Shown here: positions 28,473 through 42,770 of the stretch, one piece after another
Layout: the number at the start of each line of letters is the position of its first letter
How positions within the stretch are numbered: the stretch's first letter is position 1
Assembly: GCA_030141605.1 (NCBI GenBank)
Contig: JAQGDQ010000049.1
Span: 682,001-746,000 of the forward strand
Length of the DNA: 64,000 nt
DNA from: Tubiluchus corallicola
Lineage: Eukaryota; Animalia; Priapulida
Direction of reading: 5' to 3'
Position numbers and translations under genes: made by a program
The notes under the pieces: model-generated
The model's database searches: none
What the model was told of the DNA's origin: nothing
The model's input: the letters and a program-made list of their open reading frames with translations, nothing else

Positions 28473-30574
28473 GAAAATTAACCGGTTAGTTGGCTAATTT
28501 GCTAGCCAGTTATCGTTAAGCTGCAATACGTCAGTCACGCAATATTAACTCGGTACACAATATACCCGCAGTAAATAATGAATGTAGTATTAAAAATTAA
28601 TTATACACTGGGCACAAGCTGAAGCAATTTTGTGGATAAAGTTATACTCTACAATCTACCTCGTGCATTAATCTCATTGGAAAAACTATATAAGTTTTAC
28701 TTTATGAAATTTATAACCCAGAATGTTCCATTATATTCTGGTGTGACACAAACCGCTATACCAGTGCTCTGTTGTAGTTTATCTGTGACGTAGCTAAAGT
28801 GGGTGTAGAAGGGGCGATCTGCCCCGGGCGACACAGTTGATCAAATGCCCTGAAAAGTTTGGTCTGTCAAAATAATAGAAAGTCAAAACACCTGGCAATT
28901 TAAAGGCCTACATAACCACTACAGACGTCGAAGTGTTTTAACGCATTATTATGATCACACAAACAATGCATAGTTATTATTAAACAAAAGAGATTTATAA
29001 ATTAAGTAACTTACGCTTTCTGGCCAATTTCCATAAAGATCGCCATGTTTCGTATCTTTAGCTGGAGTGGTGAAAATGACAGTAGGGGAAGAGAAAGCGT
29101 CTTTGGTTACCGATGTTTGTTTACCGATCTTTGGTGACCTCGTGACTGTATTCGTAACGTCATTCGTCTAGCGCAACGAAAAATGGCGGTTCTTCAAATT
29201 TAATACAGCTAACAATGAAGTATTAAAAATCAAAAGAAACAAGTTTTACAGCAGGGTTTAGGTTGTAAATGCTTATATTATAGTAAGAGTTTAGTTTGAC
29301 TTTAATTTTCCACGAAAACACTGCTTACTGCCTTTTCTGTTAAGTTTTGAAGATGATAATTAGTAATTAACATCGTTGTAAATTTTACATAATTTTCTTT
29401 GTTTTCAAAATTTCTGTGCAGAACACATCTTGAGTTAACTGTGAAGCACATTTATAATCACGCTCTTTCCTGCATTAACATTTGAAGAAATCTCAGTGTG
29501 GCAGCTTTTTAAATCATACAGGGTGGAATTTCTCCATAAACAAATTTTTGCGTTAGTGCTTTATTATTTTATCAACTTATCTCCGAAAATTTATTTCTAC
29601 ACAAACAATTTTTCAGAAAGGGATGTTTTATTATTTTAGCGACTTATCTCCGCAACTTATAATAACTGCAACGCAATACTGCCAAATTTTAAAAATCTGA
29701 AATCTACAAACTTCAAGCCCTCCTTACTCCTCTGAGTTTAACATTTTATTGTCTAATTGTGACGTGGAAACCGAATTCTTCAACTCACGTAAATACGGAC
29801 ATGGTTCTATTTGTTCAAAACACGAAAGATTTGTGTAATAAAATTTTCGTTACAGCAGAGCAGATTACAGCGTGTTTTTGAATAAGTAGCTCAGTGTTTA
29901 TACTTTACCGAGTGCTGACACTTGTTTTTTCATTATTGATTTGTTAAAATATCTGTTTTAAGATTGTCCAACTTTTAAATACTTTGATGCTGGTTAGTCT
30001 CTAGCATCCCAGCGGCACAGTCTATTTTGGAATCGCGAATAATATCACGAATTTCTTTTTTACTTACAAGATTAACGAAAAATCAGCAACACATTGAATG
30101 CAGTAATTTACACTAACTAAAATTTAAATAATTCCTAAAAGCGGCTGTACGCCATGACAGGGGTGCGTGAGTACATTCACCGTACAAACCGTTAAATCTG
30201 TGATTATTCTACGTCAAGAAATTCCACTTCTTGACTTTCACAAGGACTTAAAGACATACGTGACTACTTTACCGCTTTGCGTAGTTACTTGTTAACGACA
30301 GTGTCTTAATTTGTGCTAAGAAGTTGCCGACTTGCATGCGTGAAGTCGTTTTACAAGAGTGATTAAATTTTCACGCTTGGCGCATTAAAAACAGGAGAAA
30401 TTATACCAACAAAAGCAGAAAAACTTTACACATAAATTAACCATATCGTCATTGAAGCAATAACAGTTTTTGGGTTCTGAAATTTATTACACGATAGGCT
30501 TCGTCGTATGCCAAACTCTATAAATCTTTAGCTTCCTACGTACACTCGTAAATGGCTATATTACTAAGCAAGTG

Positions 30575-30629
30575 TAGTAGTAGTAGTAGTAGCAGTAGTA
30601 GCAGTCGTAGCAGTAGTAGTAGTAGTAGT
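30575..30629. repeat. (GTA)n imperfect microsatellite
   Basis: Seen directly. Confidence 0.9.
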
Positions 30630-33335
30630 CATGATAGGCAAAATTCCAGGTAAATTACTTATTTATTTTAATCGGCAGTGTTGATCTCCAAAAATTATGA
30701 TCTTAAATTCTGAAAGTTTCAGGAAGTTAACTTGAACATAAAAAGTGACGGAATAATGCATATAGCTGTTCATATAGTACCACCTGGCCCAAAAGCCAAA
30801 GCAGCATTTCCTGGTCTGTTGTCGCATTGTCAGACATCGTTAAATCACTTTCAATAATTTTCGAAGACACAGCTTTCTGTTTCAAAATGGCTTATAAGCG
30901 CTTTATTGATTCCTTATTCGGCTTGGGTCAAACGATATATTGTTAAACATTTTCTGTTAACTGCAATAATAGTTTTCTTAGTTGAATAATAAAAGTTAAT
31001 ATTTTGCCTTTAAAATTAATATAAAATTCTCCCCAAGTTAATACAGATTTGGAACTTTTGCCCCCAAAATTTGCCTAGTGACAATATATAAATAACCTCA
31101 GGTCTCGAGTTTCAAATTCAATTAATAATATTTTATTCTACTAACGTAGTTAATCGGGCAGACCATTGATGATGCATGCTGAGGTTTAATGTATCTTTAA
31201 TGTATGTAGTGGCGCGAAAATAGTCTTTTAATTATTATTATTTTTTAATTTTTTAAAATTTAGCAATAATTTGTCTTTATAATTAGTTTTCTATATATGT
31301 GACTTATAGCTTAGGATTGCGCCTGCTAACTGAACTAAAGAATAGACTAAAAAATATAAAAGCATTAACAGCGTCTTATCAGTTATAGACGTCTCCCAAT
31401 ATATCGGGGATGGACTTGCTGATTTTGTGACACGAATACCGCGACTGAATACCTCCAAATTCGGCACTAGTAGATCAACCGATAATACAAATATTGCCTA
31501 AAATAATACCGTAACTAAAAAAAACCGTTACTAATTGGAGTAAAACTGTTCACAAACTCCAAAAATCTCCTCCATTAACGTTGAACTTGTTTCGTTTGTA
31601 ACACGTAATTGTACTCAAAGAACACACTAGCTATGTAGCTTTGTAAAGTCGTTTTGTTATTACTTTGCCTTTATTTTGCGTGTGTTTGATGGCGGCCGGA
31701 ACTTCAAAATATTTTATTCTCACAGTAGTAAAACACGTAGAATAATGCGTACATGGTTATAAGTATGAGTGGGCGTTCAAATTCAAAAATAGTAACACGT
31801 TTAAATTAATATCAATAATGGGATTTTCAAGCAATTACAGGTTTTCAAGCAATTACATTTTTGCCATTCAGAGATTTTGAGTATACATCCCAAAATACTA
31901 TAAACGTAAATGTGTAGGATCGTGAGGTACGCCTCTCTACTTACGTAGACATTACCTCCTTCGAAATCTTGCCAGTAAAATGTGAGACTACTAGTAATCC
32001 AGACCAATCCGAAATTCTTACTTTTAATTAGACCGAAGAATTTCTAATGTTTCTCATTAGTGGTTTAAAGCTTTCCGAAGCTTGTAATTTCACGGAAGGA
32101 ACGATTTGTGCGAAACTGACTTGAAATACAGAAGTCATTTGAAGTTTATCTAGAAATTTAACAAAAATCTGTGTTAACATTATTGGTGTAATTGAGTTTA
32201 ATACTAATATGTAGAATGTCAGATTTTTTAGCATCATAATATTAATGAATGGATGAATACTGTTTCGCTTTTCATTTGTTAAACATGGTGTCTCTATAAC
32301 TTCTTAAATATGGCAGATTCAACCAAAAAGGGGAACTCAGATTACATTGCTGTATATTGTTTCTTTTTGTGTTACTTAGTGCTTTGCGATATGTTCTTTG
32401 TTAAAATAAACTACTGCTTACAAAGTGCGCCGAAAAATTTTATGGACGGACCGCGGGTCTTAATAAAAGTGTTTCATTTTTTGTTTTACAGATATTCTGA
32501 AGCGAAGCTGAGAAAAGGAATTTTACATTAAACAACTGTTCCTTGAGCGGCGAAATTTTATGATCAGACCTCAACTCTGTTTTGATTGATGCGCAACATT
32601 ATGATACGGGCGACTAATTGAAGCGGGCAGGTGCGCACTTTAAGAAGTCAACATCGTGCTCTTCTGCTGCGTCATCATCGTTGTTATTATCTCAGAAGTG
32701 TTCATTAGCAAACGTCAGACCAAAACGACTGCAGTGCCTTTCATCATTTGCAGTGCTGACTGGTAATTACAGTTTGGCTAATTACATCAGTCTTGTAAGT
32801 TATCCCGGTAAAATAAATGAGAAGACTGGCTTCAGTATAAATACATCCGTGACAGATTAATAACCTCGTTCATTTTTGTATAATTATTGTAACTGCAACG
32901 CATTCGGATTGTGCTCTAATTACGCACAAAGTAATGCAATGATTTTGAGTGAAACTCTTTGTAATATGATTAGACTAATAGCTGTGTTTAATGCTCGAAG
33001 GAAACATTGTGTGTGGTAAAGATGATTCAAGGCGGGTCGTCAGTTTGAGGATTATGCGCAACTGAACTATGTGCTCCGGTAATGTTTATCTACCAAGTAC
33101 ATTGCAAGGAAATGAAAGTAAAGTTAACGATATTATCTAAATTTTCGTAAGAACTTTGTTTCGCTAGCTCCTCTTTTTTTCTTGAAGAAGACAAGCAAAT
33201 GAATAGTAGAATTCAACGCCAACAGCATTTGACGCTTATGGTGTTCACTTTGAGATTTGTTTAGCAAAACGAACCGAATAAACAACAGCATAAAGTTATT
33301 AACTGATTTAATAGTTGTTGACAAATAAACAAATA

Positions 33336-34475
33336 ATGGAGAACGTTACATTATCTGCCAAGGGCGTGCCACCAATCGAGGAGAAAATGAGGTACCCACA
33401 CGACGCCAGACTGGCAATTCCAATTTTTGGTTACGTGTGCCCTTTTTTGGTGTTTATAACGATTGTGTTTAACACGCTTGTAGTGATCGTGTTATTGAAG
33501 AAACACATGAGAACGGCTACTAACATGTTACTAACTGCCATGGCAGTAGCAGACATGCTGACGGGAGTGGCACCTTTACCCTGGTGGATTTACTACTTCT
33601 CATTAAAGAATACCGAATATCCGGTCGGGTTAGCCTGGTGCAAATACTACTATTACATGGGCGAGTTTGTACCTGTTATTTTCCACACTGCTTCTATTTG
33701 GCTCACTATGGCTTTAGCGATACAGCGATACATTTTTGTATGTCAGTCCAGTTACGCTAAGTCCTGGTGCTCCATGGAACGAGTAAAGTGGTCAATCTTC
33801 CTCATATTTCTTGTCAGTTTACTTTATAATCTGCCGAGATTTTTTGAATCGGACTATTATCTAAAAGATACGGTTTGGCCTAACACAAACACGAACTCTT
33901 CGACTATGAATCAGACAATGGTCAGCCATTGCCATTATTCGTATAACTACTGGTTACAGATAACCATAGGTCTTAACATATATTATAACATGTACTTTTG
34001 GTTTAGGGTTATCTTCGTGCACGCGATTCCTTGCACAATCTTAGTAGTTCTTAATGCACTCTTGTTGCTAGCCATGAAGCAAGCGCAGAAGAGACGTAAG
34101 AAACTACTTCAAGAAAACAAGAAGAACGAGTCAAAGAAGCTTCGGGACTCCAACTGCACCACCGCCATGTTGATTGTTGTCGTCAGTGTTTTCCTTGTTG
34201 TTGAACTGCCTCTAGCCGTCGTGCTAATCATTCATATCATCGCCAACACATTCAGTATTGAAATCGTTTCTAATGATGTGCTCAATTTAGTGACGTTGGT
34301 CACAGCCTTCCTCATCATCCTTTCATATCCCGTTAATTTCTGCATCTACTGCGGCATGAGCAAACAATTCCGTAACACCTTCAAGAACCTTTTCATCAAG
34401 GAAAGCACAATGCGGAATCAGAGTCTAAACAGTACAAGGTATACGACCATACCAAATAATGAAACTACATTGTAA
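33336..34475 (+). CDS. SPR: Class A neuropeptide GPCR, sex peptide receptor / myoinhibitory peptide (allatostatin B, Wamide) receptor orthologue; 379 aa, single coding exon
   Basis: The open frame runs from the first ATG at 33336 (the track's TTG start at 33315 is not a eukaryotic start) to TAA at 34475. It has seven hydrophobic segments. Family-typical motifs are present: TM2 LTAMAVADMLTG, TM3 FHTASIWLTMALAIQRY (QRY for DRY), TM5 YFWFRVIFVHAIPC, ICL3 KKLRDSNCTTAMLIVVV, TM6 VFLVVELPLAV, TM7 SYPVNFCIYCGMSKQFR. There is an N-terminal sequon NVT. Confidence 0.93.
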   Translation: MENVTLSAKGVPPIEEKMRYPHDARLAIPIFGYVCPFLVFITIVFNTLVVIVLLKKHMRTATNMLLTAMAVADMLTGVAPLPWWIYYFSLKNTEYPVGLAWCKYYYYMGEFVPVIFHTASIWLTMALAIQRYIFVCQSSYAKSWCSMERVKWSIFLIFLVSLLYNLPRFFESDYYLKDTVWPNTNTNSSTMNQTMVSHCHYSYNYWLQITIGLNIYYNMYFWFRVIFVHAIPCTILVVLNALLLLAMKQAQKRRKKLLQENKKNESKKLRDSNCTTAMLIVVVSVFLVVELPLAVVLIIHIIANTFSIEIVSNDVLNLVTLVTAFLIILSYPVNFCIYCGMSKQFRNTFKNLFIKESTMRNQSLNSTRYTTIPNNETTL

Positions 34476-34504
34476 TACGGGCATATAAATTTATGAATAT
34501 ATTA

Positions 34505-34510
34505 AATAAA
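34505..34510 (+). promoter_or_regulatory. Candidate polyadenylation signal of the GPCR gene
   Basis: AATAAA lies 30 nt after the stop. Other candidates (e.g. about 34630, 36158) exist and the region is AT-rich. Confidence 0.25.
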
Positions 34511-37212
34511 TTATCGAAAACTTGGCACTAGGATTTCCCTGATCAATGTAACGTTTTAGTGCCACTATTAATAATTAGTTAAATATCTGAGACAACCATA
34601 AAAGGAATATTTGTAAAAAAAACAAGTATAATAAATGGCTATTGGGGTGATTTAAAAGGTGTTAAAATCATAATATTTCAAAGCTTCTGCAGACGTAAGC
34701 ATCAGATGGACAACCTGTAAAGTTTTTAAAATATTATGACCTTAACATCTTTTAAACGATTTATAACAGCTGTTAGTTTTACTCTTGTTCAGTTAACAAC
34801 ACCAATTTGTCTATGTTGGTTGAAGATGGATATCTTATCTACATCTTGAGCATTTTTGTCTTGCTAGTTAAGAACGTTAACAATAATTGTTGTTCGTGTA
34901 ATTAATTAACCTTCAAGTGACACTGTTTAATAACAGCTTGACGTTATGGTATGTGTTAGTTTCTCTTTGTATAAATTTGTGTCTCATATGTATAATTTTA
35001 CGAATTTTTTCCTATGTTGTGCCAGGCCAGCGTGTAAACCAGAGATAGATCATGAGCAATCACCCATCATGAAAAAGCCCACGCCATTCCCAAAGCTGGA
35101 TACAGAAGCAGCAATAGACGGTGACTCCAGTACGGACCCTCTCACCTCAAAAGGCAGCAGTCTCACGTATTTATAAATTTCTACGCCATCATTCTCTGGC
35201 AAAAACAGTTTCTGCTTCTTCATTTGCGTGAATTAAAGTATGAGAGCTTAGCAAATCATACAACGCACGAAAATAATTTTTAAGTCTTCTCTCATACACT
35301 TTTTGCACTAATTTTGTGCATGCATTATTTTCAAAAGTTTGCACTGCTTCTATCACGTGCATCAAGACTGGGTTGCTGTGTTTATTGCTGACACTTTCAA
35401 TTCCTTTTTTGCTTTCCTCTGTATTAGTGAACTTCTGGTAATTCACTGTAATGACTTTCATAAACTAATTATAGTAACTCTAGTATGGCTTACTCAAACT
35501 CTAAACCAAGATTTATTCGCAGCTGCAATAATAAGCCATTCTTGATCTCTTGCATGATGTGGGGATTCTTTGCTTATTCTTAGTATCACTTCTCAGTTAT
35601 TAGATGTTATATCGTCTATTTAGAATAACATTGACAGAAAGACAACTATTATTCACAGTAATGTCACATGTTTATCATTTTATCAATGTCTGGTGATCTT
35701 TCAAAGGCTGAGGTCGTCCTTGCATAAACAGTAAACTTTCTTCTTCTTCTTCGTCAAATTTAAAACTTGAGTCAGTAGCTTTCATTAGTAATTTTTAATT
35801 CGTGATCTGTACGCATATATAATAAATGCTAAGTAATAATCTGCCTCGCGTTATTGCCAACATTGTACACTAATAGCATGTGCTTGGTATAGCAGTTTAT
35901 TACCTAGCATTATCTGCATTTGTGGTGTACACACAAATTAAAAATTAACGTAAAAGCAACAAAACTAATTTGAATTTAAATTTGCCTGTGTTTTGGGTGT
36001 ACGTTCAAGCTTTGTTACACACTATGCTTGCTACACTATGATTTTTATTTTGAACGATAAGAATCAGATTCTGCTCAAATTTATATAAAATTGATAAACA
36101 TGTATAAAATGTATTATTGCTTTTATTATTGTAACATTATGTACTTGTGCGTGAAGAAATAAAAGTATTATAACTTGCTTTATGTATCATATCACGACAC
36201 ACATTGCATTGTAAGGTAATGATCAAAGGCATCAATTTAAATTTCTTGTGGCAAATTTATTGATTTTCTTGAAACACTTTGACTTTTACTGATCGTTGTG
36301 AAAAATGTACTGTAAAAACACGCTTAGTAAATGTATCATTAAATATACTTAAAGTATTTTTCAAGTTTATCAGAAGTTATTCCATTAAGTGGGATACGTA
36401 TGTGTTACGTTGTCACAGCATTACTTTCTCAGCATTTTTCGCACCAGTAAAACTGCGCTCATCGTTCATACTCATAAAATTACGGGTTGTCTTATCAGCA
36501 TTTTTACAGTTTTAACTCCAGAAACTACTAATGTTTATATGCTTTCCTGAAGTTTATTTAGTTTTGAGTGCCGTAACATTAACAACAACAATAACAAAAA
36601 ATGCCCCGTTTTAAACAAAAAAAGATGTGAACAAACAATATTCGAGCATTTACAGATAAAGTAACAGTACTTAGACCAAAAATACAAGGAGACGTATATA
36701 TAGGTACACTTATTAGGTTTAAAAAATTCCTGTATTCAGCTCCATTCGAAGTGCATGGGTACCTATTTTCCATTGAAGATGATATACTTGTGTTACCAGA
36801 GCCCAGAGTAGTAGGATGGTACATCGGAAAAATATCGCAGTCAGGAGCTATGTTATAACCTGTACTGCAGTTAATTATAGTTTTCATTATTAGTAATAGT
36901 GTGCTATTTTATTAAGTGCAGCTGGAGTACATAAAAAGTAATCCTCTCAATAAAATCCACGTACACATACTTATAGTTAATAATATTCACATACAAATTT
37001 TTGAAATAGGTAAGAATTTATTCGTTACAATAACTGGTTAGTCACAAAATATGTAAAATATATTTATGTGCAGTTCATGGTTCTTCTTAGATGTTCTAAT
37101 CTTTGATGTATATATATGACCTGACAATGTGTTATTCTATGTTACTCGGAGATAGTGCTACAGACAAAGATGTATGTTTTAGCAAATTACTTTTATCTAA
37201 TGTAACCAGAGG

Positions 37213-37215
<3 letters not shown>

Positions 37216-37285
<70 letters not shown>

Positions 37286-37286
37286 C
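37216..37286. repeat. (CA)n(TA)n microsatellite
   Basis: Seen directly. Confidence 0.95.
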
Positions 37287-37799
37287 ATCAAAGATTAGAA
37301 CATCAAAGAAGAACCATGAACTGCACATACGTATTACTGAGCATTAAGGAGCTGAAAATAGCTATATTACACTTATGTTATTTATGATCAGGTTTTACTT
37401 GCCTATAAATACACATATAAAAGCACATGTATTCCTCAAAGCACAATCGAATCAATATAATACTCTTGCAATGACTCATCAGAGCTCTTTTTACACATGG
37501 TAACCAGCATTGCAATTAGAAAAAGTATTAGTTTATAAGACCTGGAAGAGAGAGTCCGCCTTTGTTGTTTCTTCATACGATACTCTTTACCATCCGTTGT
37601 AATGATTTGCCCAAAATATTTCCTTTAGCTAATTGGCTCGTTAAATGTGCTGTTGATCATATACCACCAGTGAGAACATTTTTCGTCGAAGCGCTCAAAG
37701 TACCCTCCATACAAAGTTATATCACTTAGAATTGTTCTCACGTGTTTGAAAGACTTTAAGAAGAACAGCTCTTAATAATTTAGAACCTTCGAGCCATTT

Positions 37800-40080
37800 G
37801 TTTAAGTTTAAGTTTAGTTCAATACGTAATTTTTATTACAAAAATACTAAAATATTTACAAGAATGTACAAAAAAACTAGGATAAACGTATAGACAGCAC
37901 AGATATAAATTTTACAGATGAAAAGTGCTAGTTAAAAGATTTGGGATAACAGCGCAAAGAGCCAAGGCATATATCTGTTAAATGATAAATTATTATTAAG
38001 ATTTACATCTTTTAAACGTTTTTTAAAAAGTTTGCTACTCTGAGCACAGATCAAGGGAGTACCGCTGACAAACTCAGGGAGCTGATAACAGATTTTAATT
38101 ATTCTGCTTGACAAAAAGTTTTAAAACAATCAAGTCGGTAGTGAGTGGACTGTAACTTCATGCGGTGACCTCTGGTTACATTAGATAAAGGTAATTTGCT
38201 AAAACATACATCTTTGTCTATAGCACTGTCTCCGAATAACATAGAATAACACATTGTCAGGTCATAGTGTAATCAACGAAGTTCAAGTGGCTCAAGATTT
38301 AAAAATGCTAATTGGTCAGGATATGGCATACTGTCAAGATTGAGCCTTGCAAATAATCTGCGAGTGAAATGCCGCTGAACATTTTCAACGAAATCAAGAT
38401 CTTTCAAGTTGGAGTACAATACTCCACTAAAGGGCTAACGTAAGTTTTGTAGGCAATTAATAAACTATTTTTATCAGGAATGGTGAAGCTTCGAAAGGCT
38501 ATGATGTAAGGCAATGCGTTGAAAATGTTAGGTTATTACACCTAAGTCCTTGACTTTGTCCCCGGAAGGCAGAATCACATCATCCATTATAAAATCGTAA
38601 CGTGGATTTCTTGATCCAATATGCAAAAACACAATTGCTTACAGAAAGGTGAAGTTGCCAATTTCGTGCCCATACAGCTATTAAAAATTTTGGTCAACAT
38701 CATACTGAATTGAACAGATATCTGCACAATTATATAACTTAATGTCGTCTGCGTACATTTTACAACTTGCACTGTCGATTATATCAGGTATCTCATTTAC
38801 AAAAATGACAAACAATAGAGGACCAATAACACTACTACCCTGGGGCCTGGGAGACGTCCGAAGTGACAGGGACATAATCGCTGGAGGCGTCACCCATAAC
38901 AACTTTTTGTGATCGACCCATAAGGAAACTTTCAATCCATTTACAGAGCAGACCATTAATACCATTAGCTTTCAATTTTGTCAAATAGCTGTCAATTTCA
39001 ACAGCTGTCAAAAGTTTTAGGTGAGACACAGAATCAAAAGTTTTTTTAATTCTATGTATACTACATAAATAGAGTTTTTATCGTTTAAAGCAACAGTCTA
39101 ATAATAAATCGACTCCGCTAGCTGAGTACAAGACGAATGCTTAGCAAGAAACCCGTGCTGTTGTATGCTAATAATGCTGTGTCGACTTAAAAAGGATAGC
39201 ATTTCATTACAAATACAAATTTCCATAATTTTACAGGAAGCTGGTATTTTATATTTTGTTTTGTTTCTCACAAAAAGCAATGAACATTCGATGATTCAAA
39301 AAGCAATGTCATGCCAAAAAATTAATTGCTTACAATAATATACTTCAATGTGTGCTGAAAGAAAATCTCGTAGCACAATATTGATAGTGAGAAACGGTTA
39401 GGCAAAAGACAAAACAAAGCAGGGTTTAAAATTAAGGTGAGTATTGAAAAGAATGCGGCTAGAAGTCCAGGTTAGTCAAGAAAGGGTAAGTAACGCAATA
39501 TACAATATATACAAGAAACTTCATGAGTTTTCTCATGGTGTTAAGGCAACTAGTCTGTAGTTGCTAGAGTCAGAGTTTTCGCGCAGCAATGTCAGCAATT
39601 TTCCACTCCGACGAGAGATCGTCTGTACTAAAAGACGTATGAAAAACCAAAGACAAAGGTAGCCGTATGACACCACTAAGTTGGTTAAAAATAATTGAGG
39701 GTAGACCCTCAGTTGTCATGTCGCGACTTGTTTTATGTTTTAATTTTTGTATAGCTTTGCTCACAGAGTACCGGGTGAAACTGACAGGGTCAAGTGAAAC
39801 AACAGCAGGAGTTTTGGATTCAGTGGTTGGAACTTCGCCATTGTCTACAGTAAAAAAATCGTCTAAACATTTATTCAACAGTGCAGCTTTTTCCAAAATA
39901 GACGTGACAAATTTACCAGTGATTTATCGCAGATTCGCCAGAAAACAATTTATTAATCTTTCTGACAAGCTAAAGTAATTCATACTTTTACTTGTGAAGT
40001 GTACGCTATGAATGCTCTGATTATTTTTTAAACTTTATGTAATATTATCTGAACATGCTTCAATTTCTTGTTCAGCAACT
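37800..40080 (-). mobile_element. Decayed CR1-clade LINE (3' part of ORF2 RT), with a nested insertion
   Basis: Minus-strand frameshifted motifs occur in the correct order: LLNKCLDDFFTVDN, WKIADI, NYRLVALTP/ASCKIME, QHGFLAKHSSCTQL, FDSVSHLKLL, LCKWIESFLMGRSQKV, PQGSSVIGPLLFVIFVNEIPD, YADDIKLY, VENVQRHFTR, VTRGH. The 3' end has AATAAA and an (AAACTT)n tail near 37800. The 5' boundary is approximate. Confidence 0.88.
39246..39539 (-). mobile_element. Short retroelement 3' fragment nested in the CR1 RT
   Basis: It interrupts NYRLVALTP|ASCKIME and is flanked by TGGT on both sides. It shares sequence with 17550-17690 (aattgcttacaata..cttcaatgtgtgctgaaa..aatct). Confidence 0.7.
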
Positions 40081-42435
40081 GGTCATTAAGATGGCTACGC
40101 CGAATGGTCATCGAGGGAATTTAAATTTTCACTTTTTGTCCTTTTCTGCTGCTGATGCAAGATTAACGTGTACGTGATTAACTACACGGAAAGTGCGCGC
40201 ACCTCTGATAATTGGTGGGTGAGTAGCATTAGTAGTTGAAGGTCCAGCGGTCATTTAGCCAGGGGTCGAACTGACCGATGTCCCTTGTCTTCGACCCTTT
40301 AACCGAGGTCATTGTTAAATAAACCATTATCTGAACACCTATCTCAGGTTCTTACTCCGCAAGTTACATATGACCCTAGCTTTCTGTGTTCCAAACTAAC
40401 GTGAATTAAATTCGGATTTCTAAGGAAACTCGATGACTAACATAATGACTAATATTAACAATAACAAGAAATCATTGTACGGTTCTCTTAAGTACGCGAT
40501 GCTCGCATATAAAAAATGCACCCGGCCTGTTTTTCTCTTAAGCCTACTCGGCAAGGAGCCCAGTTTTCGGGCTGCTTAAACTTATATAGTGCCATTACAG
40601 CACAACCTACAAAATTATGAAATTACATATTACCGCTATTCATTTTAGCTTTAGGTGCTATTATAGCGATTGCTAATTAATTTATCTTACAGCCAGTATG
40701 ATTAGGAACTCATAATAAACACATTTGTATTTTTCCTTATACTTGTTTACACTTGTTTTGAATGAGTTCATAGTTTTTTGTTTCTGTCAGCTGTAGTAAG
40801 CATTGGAATTTTACTGGTTTTGAGCCGTACTCTAATATTATGGATGTATTTGTACAGAAAAACCACAGCATAAGACTTTTCTCTGACTGAGTTTGTTCTA
40901 CTTTTTCAGATTTTTCTTTTGTTTGCTGTTTTGCCGTTACTTTCTTTTGTAGAATATTTTATTGTATTTAGGTGATGCGGTTCAGCATAGTTGTGCAGTA
41001 TGCAAACATATGTGTAGTGTCATAAAGGCCTATGATCACAAAGGACTGGTTAACTTAAAGGTCATAGTAATGGTCTTGTAATGAATGATTTTCTTGTTAA
41101 AATATTAGCTTCATCGCATCGCAACAACTTTTTATGATTTCATTATGTGAGGCATCTAGTTTTGCACTTTTTAATTCATGTTAACTCGCAAACACAGAGG
41201 GCTATAATCACGAAACTTGCACGATTGACACCTGGGGTAGCGCCTTGAAAGTGGTGTGGTGAACGGTGGCGTTTTTCAAAGGATTAAATACGCTGGACAT
41301 CTGTTAGTTTTTCGATATCTATTTAATTCGTCCTAGGCTTTGAGTTAAATTTAATTTTTCCCTAACTATTTAGGTATTGTGAGGTAGATTTCTCCATAGA
41401 GTTTTAAAAAAGCTGAGATTTTTTAAGGGCCCGATATAGACGCCAAAAAATGTATAATATTGAATAACTATAAAATATAAACTATAGTAACTTGTAAGAT
41501 AGACACTTAAAACAAAGGTTTAGATAAAATAAATTAAATTAAAAACTTCTGGTAGTTAGGACAAACGGCTTTGTCCGTAAAGTCGTAACATTAAACAACT
41601 TCAAAACTATAGTACTGGTGCACACTAGTTAGTCGCGCTTGAGCGATTCTTGATCTATAAGTATCGACATGACTTAACTTCGTCAGGTAATCACTTAATT
41701 TCGTTGTGAACACGGGTACAAGTTCCGCTCGCGGATTTGGACCTAAATTCATTCATTCTTGTTCGAATACCTTCATTTCGGTCATATCTGGATTCAAAAA
41801 TTGTACATACGTCTATATTGTTAGTACTTAATTTGTATGAGCCCTAAAATATTTAGTAAAATTTAGTTTTGTTCAATCCGACAACCGTGTCAGAATACTA
41901 TATTACACTTGCGCATCTTTCCAACTGTCATTAAGAACAAAAGAAGTTTGTACAAATTTGAGACAAAGCTTAATTTGTGCTGCATTAGACACGGTAAAAG
42001 CCTCCTAAAAATAGGATATATGTCAGACAAACGACTAATTACAAGTAGCATTTTTTACTTAGGGTTGCACGTCTCATATTTAATTGCGTCAATGGTCGTC
42101 ATTCTGTGACGTCTAGACTGTTGACAAGCAATTTGTAATAGCAACTTTGTAGTCTTACACAATAGTTTAGATTGTGTAAGATTTATAATTACGCCTGATT
42201 TATGGCTGATTTGGTGGGATTTTCATGGTATTTTAGCGACCAAGATCTCCAGCTGTCTCTTGACTAATTCTATTTATTTTTATTTTAAATCACTACATAA
42301 AGAACTACATAAAAACAAATAAGTGATGCAGATTATAAAACTATATACACGCGATAAAAAACAGTGCAAGAGGATACAAGGTTAGTTTAAATAAAGAGGT
42401 TATGTTATTATCCACATTAAATAGTAAATGAAGAG

Positions 42436-42770
<335 letters not shown>

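Noticed and set aside
35189-35461. 90-aa minus-strand ORF downstream of the GPCR
   Set aside because: No domain similarity or splice context recognised. It is probably a chance ORF in the 3' flank.
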